From the NCBI GenBank assembly GCA_047495785.1, contig JBLDXI010000054.1, positions 4,216,001-4,280,000 on the forward strand: DNA of 64,000 nt, given 5' to 3'. Below are positions 1 through 13,200 of the stretch, in pieces. Source of the DNA: Lepidodermella squamata (taxonomy: Eukaryota > Animalia > Gastrotricha). The notes beneath the pieces were generated by a model. It had not been told where the DNA came from, did not search any database, and worked only from the letters and a program-made list of their open reading frames with translations. Each line of letters begins with the position of its first letter. The first letter of the stretch is position 1. A program made the translations under genes and the position numbers.

Positions 1-750
1 GATGTGTTGACACTTTCTATCCAGAGTTCTATCCAGAGTATCTATATTCTATATTCAAGATATATTCGTCTAATTGATAAGATGAAAGCTGGGGCAGAGT
101 AAGCAATAAGCATTGAGGATCTAGGACTCGTTAATCGTCAACTGGCATAGTATCTCGCAGATCACAGAGCCTTTTCGTGTGGGTTCGAAATGAATTAGCA
201 TTCAGCATTGAGGACAAGGGGCGTCAAGCGACGTCAAATGGAGTCAAGGAGGTAGGAGAGTTCAGAGCCAAAACTCAGCGCAAGGAGCAAGGAAGGAGAC
301 ACTTTTCGCGGCATCATCAGTCAGCACCGGCAACAACTGACCGCACTAACTGAAAGAAAAACAGTAAGATTTTTAATAGCATCGGTGTATTTATGTCTAT
401 TTCAATTCAATGAGTTTTTTGTCAAAATTATGGTAGTCAATATGTGTCAATACTTTATGAAAAAAATTGAAAATCCGGCGCATCTGATACGTTGTTTTGG
501 GTATGATGATCGCGCTTAATCAAGATTGAATCATCTTGTTATTTCATGTCATCAGTCAGCTCTAATGCTCGTTAAAAGGGCTCGCTAATAATGTATTAGA
601 AGCAGTAGACAGCGCTTTAATGGCAAAGCTAGCCAGTTTTAGGATTGCAACTGTTATATATTACTTACTTGCAAAGTACCTGTTTGCACTTTTTTCATTT
701 TCAGTGTTTTAATTATGTTAGTGTTCAAACTGTTGTGATTTAGAAGGTTC

Positions 751-3172
751 ATGCTTTTTAAACGTTCCATTGGCTCAATTAGATTTGTTTTCACTCGTTT
801 TTACTCTCGAAAAAGAATGTCAGACGCTGCAGTAGAATCGAGCCAACATGATGCAGCCGCTGGAGACAAGCCCAAGTCTCAGCCAAAAGTCTTCGAGGAA
901 GTTTTTCCCTCGTATATTGAGCATCGTGAAAAGTTGTGGCAGAAACACAAAGCTGATTGTACGGCTCATCTGAGTAGGAAGGATAAGTCCTCGATCAAAG
1001 TAACCTACGAGTCAAAGGATGGGGAGAAAACGTTTGACGGTCTTTCATGGCAGACGACCCCCGCTGAAGTCCTAAAAAATCTTGACAAGAAGTTGTCTAA
1101 GGAGGCGATTATTGCTCGGGTTAACGGTGAATTGTGGGATCTTGAACGCCCTCTTGAAGGCGATTGCAAGTTAAAGGGATTGCGTTTCGAGGACGATGAA
1201 GAGGCTCAAGCTGTGTTTTGGCATTCCACTGCCCACGTTTTAGGAGAAGCGATGGAGCGCTATTACGGTGGCTTACTTTGCTACGGTCCACCAATTGAAA
1301 ATGGATTTTACTACGATATGTTTATGGATAATGGCAAGAGTGCAAGTGCCGACGATTTTGAACCTCTCGAAAAAATCATGACCAAAATTGTCACTGAGCG
1401 GCAACCATTTGAACGCCTCGAAATGACTCGCGATCAACTGCTGGAAATGTTTGATTACAACAAATTCAAATGTCGCATTATCCGGGAAAAGGTAATATTT
1501 ACCGCTTTTTTCGTAACGCAATAATAATTGATTGTTTACCTTTGCTCAGATCGATACCCCGACAACCACTGCATATAAATGTGGCACCTTGATTGATCTG
1601 TGCCGTGGACCTCATGTACCTAACACCGCTCTGTTGCGTGCTTTCAAGGTCACGAAGAACTCGTCTAGTTATTGGGAAGGCGATTGCAATGCCGAATCGT
1701 TGCAACGTGTCTACGGAATTTCTTTTCCCGAAAAGGATAAACTGAAGGAATGGGTGAAACTTCAAGAAGAAGCAGCCAAGCGAGATCATCGTCGTATTGG
1801 CCGAGAGCAGGAATTGTTCTTCTTCCACGAGCTCTCCCCTGGCAGTTGTTTCTTTATGCCCAAAGGTAATTATTGTCAAACTAAATTCTAGTCACCTTCA
1901 AGCGATTACCAAACGACTTAGGTGCCATTATCTACAACCGTTTGATGGAGTGGATTCGCGAAGAATACAAAAAGCGTGGCTACAGTGAAGTTATCTCGCC
2001 TAACATGTATAACACCAAGCTGTGGACGATCTCGGGACACTTGGAACACTATGCCTCGAACATGTTCCAGTTTGACGTCGAGCACCAAAATTTTGCCTTG
2101 AAGCCAATGAATTGTCCGGGTCATTGCGTCATGTTCGGCTCGCGCCCTCGTTCCCATCGCGAGCTGCCTCTACGCATGGCAGACTTCGGTGTCCTGCATC
2201 GCAATGAGTTGAGCGGTGCTCTCCACGGTCTCACTCGAGTTCGGCGTTTCTGCCAAGACGATGCCCACATTTTTTGCACGCAAGATCAGATCAGGGATGA
2301 AATTCGAGGATGTCTAGATATGTTCAAACATATTTATGCTGACATTCTGGGATTCACGACTTTCACCTTGAAATTATCTACTCGCCCAGAGCAATTCCTT
2401 GGCGACATCAAGGTCTGGGAAACGGCTGAAGCTCAGCTTACGGACAGTTTGAATGAATTTGGTGCTCCATGGTCGATCAATCCTGGAGATGGTGCATTCT
2501 ACGGGCCCAAGATTGAGTATGTTTAAGACATAATACGAGTCACTAAAATGTGTAATTCTGTTACATTTCAGTATTACTTTCACCGATGCGCTTAAACGAC
2601 AACATCAGTGCACGACGATTCAATTGGACTTCCAGCTGCCTGAGCGATTCCAGCTGGAATACACGGGCAACGATGAGGCTCACACGAAGCATAGGCCTGT
2701 AATGATTCACCGTGCTATTCTGGGTTCGATTGAGCGTTTTATGGGTGTTTTCACGGAATCTTGCGCTGGGAAATGGCCTTTCTGGCTCTCTCCCCGGCAG
2801 ATTTGTATCATCCCCGTTAATGCTTCGATCCCCGGCCTGGTTGAGTTTGGCCACGAGGTATGTGATTTAATGTCTGCTTTCGTTGTTAGTCAATTCATTT
2901 ACATTTAGATCGAGCGAAAATTCATCATGGCTGGTTTTGCCGTTGAATCCGAATTGGACGACTCGGCAACTCTGAACCGAAAAATTAGGAACGCGCAACT
3001 AGCGCAGTTCAATTTCATTTTCGTGTTGGGCGAGAGGGAATTACAAAATCGCACGGTGAACATTCGTTCCCGAGATAACAAGATTTTGGGCGAAAAGCCT
3101 GTTGATGAAGTCTTGGCGCGCCTGATTGAGCTTGCCAAGGAGCGCGTGCGGGACGCTGAGGATAAACTGTGA
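751..3172 (+). CDS. TARS1: Threonyl-tRNA synthetase (multi-exon), with putative N-terminal mitochondrial presequence
   Basis: TGS domain ([17 protein letters not shown]), editing domain (WHSTAH, DLCRGPH), core motifs ([54 protein letters not shown]), anticodon domain; ORF pieces joined by ~55-nt GT-AG introns (e.g. 1492-1549). Confidence 0.97.
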
Positions 3173-3593
3173 ACGTGATAACGTGAATTGTTTCTTTGCG
3201 TGCATTTGTGATAGGACGTAAAAATCACTCCTGGATTATTAGCTTTATTCACTCGGTTCCATATTTTTTCTGGTTTTGTCTGCTCCATGTCCTCTAGTTC
3301 GTAATATTAGCGAAAGAAAACAAAGGAGAGATGACAGGCTGGAGAGATGAATTAGAAATTATTGTTCGGTGGTTGTACAACAAATTTTTTGTGTTTTGCT
3401 GCAGCGCGCAATCAGACATTCCATGTCATGTTCCATAACCTATTAATAGCCAGATAAATATTGGGAGGCGTATTTGTCGTTGCAATAATTTTTGTGGAAG
3501 AAAGCACACATGTCTTCTCAACGTTTCGTTCCTTCTTTCTAGTTTTGCTTAGCTAATAATGACTTGATCAGACTGTTGCCGTTGCACGGAAAG

Positions 3594-4519
3594 ATGGCTG
3601 CTGATGATTACGCGTATCTTTTCAAAGTTGTATTTATCGGCAAAGAAAGCGTTGGGAAAACGTGCCTAGTAAAACGGTTTACTCATGGCACTTTTAACGG
3701 CGGTCAGAACGCGACGATCGGCGTGGATTTTTTCATCAAATCTGTTACGGTCGGGGGCGAAACTGTGAAATTGCAACTATGGGACACGGCCGGTCAAGAG
3801 CGGTTTCGGTGTATTACTCAGACATACTATAGGTTCGTCATTATTTGTTTATTATTAAGTAAATTTTGGCTGACGCCTGCATTCTCTTTCAGATCTGCAA
3901 ATGCGGTAGTTCTAGTTTACGATATCGGTTCAATGGCCTCTTTTGAATCTCTACCATCCTGGTTAAATGATGTTAAAATGTTCGGTAGTCCAGATGCAAT
4001 TCTCTGTCTTGTTGGTCGGTTTTTCTGATTTCACCGTGTCACTCTTTCTTACTTGGCTTCACATTTCAGGCAATAAGTCTGATCTAGCTGCTGAAGGCTC
4101 TCGAGAAGTTCCCGTAGAAGCGGGAGAACGTTTTGCTGCTGATAACAACATGATTTTTATTGAAACGTCTGCCAAGGTATGTCACAACAAATATTAATAT
4201 ACTATAATCTAGTTTTGAATTATTTCAGGATGCAACGAATGTCAACGAAGTAATTGAAAGTGTGGCAAGGAAACTTGTCGCGCAAGAAGCGAACCGGATA
4301 CAAGCTGCTGGAACGTCGGCTCCGGCGGATGGTCGAACCGTGTCGATTTCAACTTCGGAAGCGATAGGCGAAAGTCGTTACGATCGCGTGCGAACTGCTG
4401 GCAGTGACATCATCAGAGGCATTCAGCTCGGCGCTAAGCAAGTTCGATCTTCGGTGATGGGTCCGAATAGCCAAGACTCGTTCATGAGCAAAGCCACCAC
4501 ATCTTGTTGTAGCCAGTAG
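3594..4519 (+). CDS. RAB30: Rab GTPase, Rab30-like (multi-exon)
   Basis: GKESVGKT P-loop, ATIGVDF, WDTAGQERF, GNKSDL, ETSAK, C-terminal CCSQ prenylation motif; KTCLV+RFT.G.F..GQ.ATIGVDF matches Rab30. Confidence 0.85.
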
Positions 4520-5457
4520 CCATCGGGAACTATTAACGCTTTTCTTATTCACCGCATGATATTCGTCTTTTCACCGTTTCATTTTCCCGTATTTTTTTGC
4601 AATTAACTCGATTCACTAATACCGCATATACACGAATCCTTTTTCACTAGTCATTCTCCAATTGAGCTTATGCTATTCATGGCGGGGATTAATGATCTGC
4701 AATCGAATGCGTAGGTTTAGAATCACTCGATATGTCCGCTACGATACTCACCTATTCGAAACCTTGATGCCTTGTAAAAAAGATCGCGGCTGAGATGTTT
4801 ATGCAGGCTTGGAAGTAAAGAAGAGCACCTCGGTGTTTGCTAGCCGCTATTAGAAGTGTGATCTAGATCAAGTCAAGCGCTAAATCATATACTGTTTTAA
4901 AGTATGTCTGCACTGCTAGCGTTTGGATTACGTGCCTTATAAAACAGTAAGACAGCAATAATGCGCTTTTATTGAGCTATGGCATTTTGGCAGCGACCGT
5001 AAGATCTTGCGAATACGCAGCTGTTGTCTAGTACTACTTCACGGTATGCAAACTGCTTTGAACATAACCGGGCTTAAGTGATTGTCGTTCCTTCAAGTAT
5101 TGTGCCTTCTCGTCGCAATCGACTTAAAATTTCTATACACATAGCTATCTCGAAAACGTGTTCTCATCAAAAGTGCCTCTTTTTGTAAAAAATCAGTTTT
5201 AACCTACGACCGCATGCTTTAATAACATTAATTTAATAATTTCATTTATAATCATGATGCTGTACGATGAAATTCAGCGACGAATGTTTCTCTGAAATGC
5301 CATTTTCGTAATAAAACTTGAGTGCTCAAGCTTTTGGCGGTGGCGGGCTTGCATTGCTTTTGACTAGTTTTCGCTATCAGTTTAGTTGCTTCCAGATACA
5401 GATTATACCTATTTGCTAATACCGATAGATACGCATATATTTTGAGGATTGAAAGAC

Positions 5458-8400
5458 ATGGATGATGAAGTCGGGGTCGCAGATCTGGTCCTATTGAGCA
5501 CTATCGACGAGGATTCCGTTGTTAATAATTTGAAAACCAGGTCTAAAGCATTTCATTACATTGTTTGGCGTTTTTACGACAACATTGTCAATTACAACAG
5601 ATTCACGAAAAATCGATTTTATACGTACATTGGCGAAGTTTGCGTTGCGGTCAATCCTTACAAATCTCTTTCCATCTACGACCAAAAAGTAGTTGATAAT
5701 TACGATTAAAGTCTATTTCGAAACACATTTTGTATTAAAAAAGACCGTGGATGAGTACAAGGGAAGAGAAATCTTTGAGAGACCACCGCATGTCTTCGCA
5801 ATAGCGAATGCGGCCTATCGAACGATGAACAACTTTCGCCGTGACACTTGCATCGTCATTTCCGGCGAATCCGGCTCAGGAAAAACCGAGAGTAGTAAAG
5901 TAAGTCATATTCTCCAAGTCGAGGTCCAGTTAATTCATATTGAACCACTTTCAAGATAATTATGCGATACATTGCCGCTGTCACAAATCCTCATAAGCAA
6001 GCTGACATAGAGAAAGTGAAACAAGTTCTCCTTCAATCGAACCATATTTTGGAGGCACTTGGAAACGCTCGAACGACGAGGAATGATAACAGCAGTCGCT
6101 TCGGGAAATACATGGAGATTTCTTTCGATTTCCGTGGGGAACCTGTCGGTGGGGACATGGCGCATTATTTGCTCGAAAAAAGCCGCGTCGTTCGTCACCA
6201 GAACGGAGAGCGAACATTTCATGCGTTCTACATGGTAATTTGATTGGCTGTCTTAAAAACTTGGTTTCAACCTATGGTTTTCTGTTATAGCTTCTCAATT
6301 GCGGCCAGCAGGCCTTGCTCGATTCACTCAAGCTTCAACCTGACCCACTGAAATATAGCGTTACATCGCAAGGCGGCTGTCCGAAATTCAATATGGATGA
6401 TCGCCAGTGGTTCATTAAGTGTCAACAGGCAATGCGCGATTGTCAATTCAAGCAGGAAGAAATCGACACCGTTTGGCAGGTTATAGCTGCGATTCTTCAT
6501 CTCGGCCAGCTCGACTTTTCTGAAAGCGCTAGCGCAGAAAATGGCAGTCCCTCGATTCCGCCAAAGCCTGCGCCTAAGCCTAAGCCGAATTTCGGTCCTG
6601 GTTCAGCTAACAACTCACCGGCATTGAAACCAAAACCTATAGCGGCTACCAATTCGCCCCAAATTTCAATAACTGACCGCGGAAACGGTTCGTTAGCTGC
6701 TGCGGCTGCTTTGCTGGGCGTCGAAGCTGCCGATTTGCAACGAGCGTTGACTACCCGGTCGGTTGCCACTGGGGCTGAAGTTGTGAAAACTGAACTTAGC
6801 GACTCGGTTGCTGCCTACGCTCGCGATGCCCTATCTAAAGCTTTGTATGAAAGATTGTTTTCACGAGTCTTTGATGCCATCAACCGCGTTATTCATGTCG
6901 ACCCTCGCCGTTCCCAGATGGAATCACTTGCCGTTATCGGCGTGCTCGATATTTATGGATTTGAGATTTTGGAGCAAAATAGCTTCGAACAGCTATGCAT
7001 AAATTATTGCAACGAAAAATTGCAGCAGCTCTTCATCGAATTGGTGCTTAAGCAGGAACAGGAAGAGTATCGTCGTGAAGGAATAAAATGGGTTGAAGTA
7101 AGCTACTTCAACAACAAGAACATTTGCGACCTGGTCGAGCAGCCGAGGAAGGGCCTGTTATCGGTACTTGATGACTGTTGCATCGCAGCAAAAAATCTAT
7201 CTGACAAGCACTTCCTTGAAGAACTGGACAGGCAGTTTGCGTCTGAAAGCCACTACAGCAGTCGCATGGTATGACCTGAGATATTTTTACGGTTTTCCAT
7301 CAAGTTGTGTGTTTTCTTTGCAGAAAGATAAAAGTTCGAAAGACATGGAGTTTCAAACTCACTTCAAGATCCGACATTATGCTGGCGATGTCATTTACAA
7401 CGTCAGCGGCTTTGTTGACAAGAATCGAGATGTCCTATTTTCAGACATCAAACGACTGTTCTTCAATTCGTCGAAGAACAGCGTTATCAGAGACATGTTC
7501 AAAGTCGACGGCTCGGTGGCGGAGAGCGAAGTTCAAAAGCGCCCTCCCACTGCAGGCGCCACTTTTCGATCATCGATGGCATCTCTTATCGAACACCTCA
7601 TGTCGAAACAGCCACAGTAAGTCTATATTTCACTTTTGTTTCCTCATCTACCTACTGCTTGGTGTAATTTCAGATATGTGAGATGCATCAAGCCTAATGC
7701 TGAAAAGTCGCCGATGACATTTCAGAATCCACTTGTCGCTCACCAGGTAAGTATACCAGCGTCGAATTTTCCAAACATTGTTTGCGATTATTATGCTAAT
7801 TTAGGTGAAATATTTGGGCCTGGTCGAGAACGTGAGAGTTCGGCGAGCTGGATTCGCTTCGCGTATGCTGTACGACCGTTTCATTGCTCGGTACAAGATG
7901 ATTTGCAAGGAAACATGGCCGAATTTCCGCCGTGGAGATCAACGAGACGCTGTCTCTGCAATCATTGCAACTCTGCCTCGGAATAACAGCAGCAAGGAAG
8001 ATGTTCACCAAGTAGGTTCAACATTTTTGAAATAGAGAAACGTCCAAGCCGAAATATTTAGTCCATAAATGAGGGCTGGGTCGAAGTCTGCGAGGTTCAA
8101 CATTTTAAAGTGGAGAAATCTATGATTTTCCCAATTAGCCGGCTGTATTATCTGATGGGCAAATGTTTTCAAATCGTTCACTAGAAAATATACGGGTCGT
8201 TATTGACATGAATTCCCAACAGCTCTTGAAGCTAGATCCGCAGCTTTTTATTTCAATTCACCTAGCTTAGTTTGTAAAATAATGCTCATTTTCAGACTTG
8301 TTTTGGAACCACGAAAGTTTTCATTCGGCACCCGCAAACTATCACCAGCCTTGAAGCTGCGCGACGCAACCGCTTGCCTTACGTCGCCACGATAATCGAA

Positions 8401-9490
8401 GCGTGGTGGCGCGGTTGTAGAGTTCGTTTGTTCATGAAGCGCCGTCGAGCTGCCCTGGCCATTTTGGCAGCGCTTCGCCGGCACCACCTCATCGTTTACG
8501 TCGATGAGTTGCGCCGACTTTTCCAACACGCCCGCACTCAACCTGACCTGGGGCGTTCCATCAAATGGCCTACACCGCCTCCTGCTACAACAGCCGCGGT
8601 AGGCTTGCTGCAAAAGTTCGCTCGACGTTGGCGAGGCGTTGCGGCGTTGAAACGTGTCCCTCTGAACGAATGGCCCGAGTTGCGAGCGAAATCTAAGGCA
8701 TGGTCTGCACTGTCCGCATTCAGCCCATCGAACCGCCGAGTCGAATGGGGCATGCATCGCCAGTGGACGTTCCGCTACGGTCTTGAAGATCCAGCTTTAT
8801 CCCAGCTTTTCACCGGGCCACAAATGGCGCATTTGAGGGACCAGCATCGCTTTACCGAAACGTTTTTCGCAGCGCCATGCCGTATGATCAAGGAAAAAGC
8901 TGCGGTATGTGTCAACTTTTGGTTTTGTTTACTCTGCACCTTGGTTTCCCGTTTTAACAGGGTCGCTTTATCGGCGGTCTCGTATCGAAAATGTCATATT
9001 CAACTGATCGTTACTTGTTAGTTCTCGTTGACAACTGCCTCATTCGTTTGAAAACTGGCAAGAAGCCGAAGGAAAAAGCTATCGGCCTTACCTCAGTCGT
9101 AAGCCTACGAGTATCCGCTGCCACGCCGTGTTTAGACCAGTTGGTCGTTGTCGATTTCGCCGAAAATGGCGAGAGTGGGGTGAGTATGCGTTCACAATAA
9201 ACCACTATTTTCTAGCATTTCCCAATTTTTAGTCATGGGCGTTTTGGCTCGAAAACGGCTACCACGCCGACGACTTGGTCGGTGAGTTCGTAGGGTCGCT
9301 GTTGGTTGCTGCTAGCCGCGCTAACAGGGGCCATGCTCCACCCAAGGTTTTGGTCGTTGCTCGCAACAACCCGACGTTTGCTGTGAACAACGAATTCACT
9401 GTCACTTTAGTGCCAGGTACTGTTGGGGCCAACGAGCCGGCTGTGTCCAGGAAACAGGCCGGTGTATACAATCTGACTTGGCCGATGTGA
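5458..9490 (+). CDS. MYO1D: Unconventional class I myosin (Myo1D/G-like; motor, IQ motifs, TH1 tail; multi-exon)
   Basis: GESGSGKT P-loop, [48 protein letters not shown] (class I signature), IQ-like IEAWWRG; no SH3 tail; subtype assignment is less certain than class. Confidence 0.9.
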
Positions 9491-10245
9491 AGACGCTTAC
9501 CTAGTAATTATTCGATGGTGCAATTTCGCGTATAATTTCTGTCATTCCGTCTCTCTAAATGTTTGAGCTATTGATAAGGTTGTTAAAGATATCCTCTTAG
9601 CGTTGTGATTTTCTATTCGGCTGGAATTTTGCTACTGCTTATATTCACTGCTCTTATTCCTCCACGAGCTATTGTTTAATTTTTCTATGAGCAGCCGATC
9701 AAATGCTGTTAAAGTGGCTGGCAGCAACATTTTTTTACACGCATTTTTTGTTCTAAACCGTTCGACGTTGTTCTGGTTGTGGGCCTGATGTCACGCTTTT
9801 AGTCTTCCTTGCCCCGCGCTTGCCCTTGATTATTTTATGTTATTTTCTACGCTGTTTTATGTGCGTATCGTTAAAATAATGGTCAACGATTGTGCCTTTT
9901 ATTGCTCGAGCACTAAGCAAAAATATTCTATGCAAAGTTATTAGAAATAAAGTTCCTGTCACAAAACTTATGCACATGACTTTTGCAAGGGGAATCCGAA
10001 CTACGATCAGAAGGTTGAACGTACTTTTTCATAATTGCATTAACTTTTTTGGTGTGCATCTCAATTTTTCGAGAATGCCCATTGGAGGCTGCCGTTCTGA
10101 TTTCTTTTATCGCTCGACACAAGACTAGGTTAATTTTCACCAGGGATGTTTATTATTAATCAATAGGTGTAAAAACGTTCCCTATCGTTGGAATTATTAG
10201 CAAAAAGAATAAGAGATAGGTTCGATTCAACAAGCTAACAGTGTA

Positions 10246-13200
10246 TTAGGCGGCTACAAGCTGCTTCAGGCGCCGATCGAACCAACGCTTTAGACGCTTC
10301 GACTGCTCGCAGATCTCGGAGCCATCAGCATTGAACTCCAGGCAATTGGAGAATATCAGCCGAACATCAGCAACAAATTCATTCAACGAGCGATAACTGT
10401 ATAAATTAATATGAGCTTAGTAGTCATTAACAGGCTCCCTAAATTATTACCAATTTTGTTGGAGCTTGTTTCCAATAGTCTGAACATCCATTGGCTGCTT
10501 GATGACTTCAAAATAAGATGGATAATCAACGCGGGAGACAGGGTACAGAAAAGGTTCGACGTCAGCATGTTCCCGCAGACCATTCAAAAGATCCCGACAG
10601 ATTGAAGCCAATTGCTCGGAATCAACAATTCCGAAGTCTGGATCTTTTCCTCCACGAGCAGAGGCCTGCTTCTTTGGCGAACTAGGTGCATCTTTTGGGA
10701 AACGCATAGTTGACAACGATTCGAGTTGGACGAGGCGTAGCTTTAGGGCGGACCACGAACACGATCGTTTTACGGCGTCGATGAATCGAACAAACGATTG
10801 ACTGAACTCGTAAGTCTCAACCTCTCCTGTTCCGTCATTAAATAATTAAAAAAAAAACAATAAAACAAATCGACGCAAACCTTCTGAGGGTTCCGAATTC
10901 ATGACAACGGAGAATGGTGGCTGTAGCATCTTCTTGGCTGCGAGTGTATAAGCCACGTCCACAAGCAGCTGAATCGCGCGTTGCATACGGTTCTCTTCGT
11001 TGAGCTCGTCGTCTTCACTGAAAAATCCTATCTCGGGCATGTCTTTCACGATCACAAAGCTAGCCGCATTGCTAGAACTTTTTCGAGGGCGATTGCGATT
11101 TCCCATGGCCCATTGTTGTTGCGAATTCGAGCTGGAAAACAGCACCAATTTCGCCGCAGAAGCGATCTCTGAATAAACCTATCAATTCATGATAGTGTCG
11201 TATTTCACGCTCTTTCGTAGTTAAAATAAACTTACATCTAACTCCATTTCCGATCGCAGATGATCAAGATCACACTTGGCAGTTTCCACCTCCACATTTC
11301 GTTCCGTTCGAAAGAAATCTGAAAACGCATAATTTAAAATAGCTGTCCACGATGAAGATTTAAAACAGCTAACCACCATGAGTTGCGGTAACGTTTTCAG
11401 AAAAAGGTGTGTTCAGAACTTTCGTCAAAGCAGGCAGGCTGCGCTGCAAATTACGCTGTAGGTTTCTCTCTCGCACGCCAAAAGGATTCAGACAGTAAAT
11501 CAGAGAATTCAATTGCTCCAAATCGGTTATTCGCCACCATCCTATATCAAAATTAGATGATTCTGGTAAGCAACTTAGTTAAAATGTGTAAAAAAAAATA
11601 CCGCGCATAAAATTTCCCGGGACTGTTTGAATGTTATCAAACAGCAGCTCTTTGGCAGCCAAAACGCTAGGGTCTTCTTCAGGTGATTCTGGTGTCACAG
11701 GGGACGACGGTTTGTTTTCATCGCAAGACTGAATATGGCTGGGCAGTGGCACGTCATCACCGTTTTCTGAGGCGGTGGGCTTGCCGTCATCTTCAAAGTG
11801 CACCTTGAGATGCTGGTGAGAATTAGGGTGCTTCATTATCGAAGACATGGGCGATGCCGCCTCTGCGGCTGGAAAGCCAGAATTAACCTCAATTTTGTAG
11901 CGCATTTCAGCTTTATCGAGTTGCTGGGGCGACATTGGTGGGACAGCTGGTTCAGGCTGTCCGAACCCTGGCATATTTAACGATTTCGCGAACATGAGAA
12001 AATTTTGCAGCAGGATTGCAGGGTCCACGGTGACGACGCCCGGCGTTTCTTCAGTAAATGCAACGTTTGGTTGAGATAAATTTATAGCTGTACCTTCCGT
12101 GGATGGATTATTCGCTGATTTCTTCGGCTTCGTCTTCCTAGAGCGGGGCAGTTTTGGGCTGGCAGCTTCGGAGGTTTGCTGTAGAGCTGCAGCTTGAGAA
12201 AAATCGATTGGCGGTGACCAACGCGCCTGCTCCATTTCTTCCTCACTGCTGCTCATGCTGCTATCACTACTAGAGCTACTACTCTTCGACTCGTCATTTT
12301 CGATGTTACTCGAAGGTACCGGCCCCCTTGGATCGTTATCCTCAAGCTTTGCAACCAGAGCTGGAGTTTCTATCTCAATGTTATCGGCTTGCGATACTGC
12401 ATCCTCGCAAGGAACATCATCGGATGTTGGGACGTTATCAATTTCTGAAAAGTCTGCGCCATGGACGAGAAACGTGCCGACGTTCGGAAGGCTCCAATAG
12501 CTGCGCCCATAGCGATCGAGACCGAAGTGAATAGCTCGAATACGATTCGTAGCTTCCACCAACTTGTTTCGGCAAGCTTTTTGCTGTCGGGTTAGCTTCC
12601 GAATTTCCGCCATCGCTTGTTTGCTGCTCTCTTCGCTGGCCTCAACTGTCTCCGGCTCGTCTTCCATACCAAGGGGAGACGCGCCTCCATGAGCAACGAG
12701 ATCTTGCTCAACATCTGCGACGTATTTAGACATACCTGTATCTCCAATTCTTCAGGTTGGCATTGAATTACTTACCTTCAGCTTCTGTTGGCAGTTCACT
12801 TTCAGGTTCAGCAGGTGGTTTACCAATAGTTGAACCTTCCTTTACCGGCACGAGTGGATTTTGTAGGGCTTTGAGCTGGCTCTGAATAGCCGCTAATTCG
12901 CGCTTCATGTCAACAGATTTACCAAGACAGCGCTCGATTTCACCGATCACTGCTTCGTACGCCAAAAGCTCGTCGCATACCGCCGCCATAACGCGAGCGC
13001 GATGCCGAGCTGACATTGTCTAAAAACAAAGTTTCCTAAATGCAAAAACTATATGGAAATAGCGCCGAGATCAGACCTGGAACCAGTCTTTCTTGAGTGC
13101 TTCGGTTTCTTCGCCAGGCCGTCCGGCGTTCCTGACTAGTAGATATTGCCGAATGACTTCGGTTACCGTGAGCCGATCTATGGTTAGTTTCGGCAACTGT

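Noticed and set aside
120-195. tRNA/SINE-like segment (TGGCATAG...GGTTCGAAA)
   Set aside because: B-box-like motif present but no cloverleaf or acceptor stem could be built
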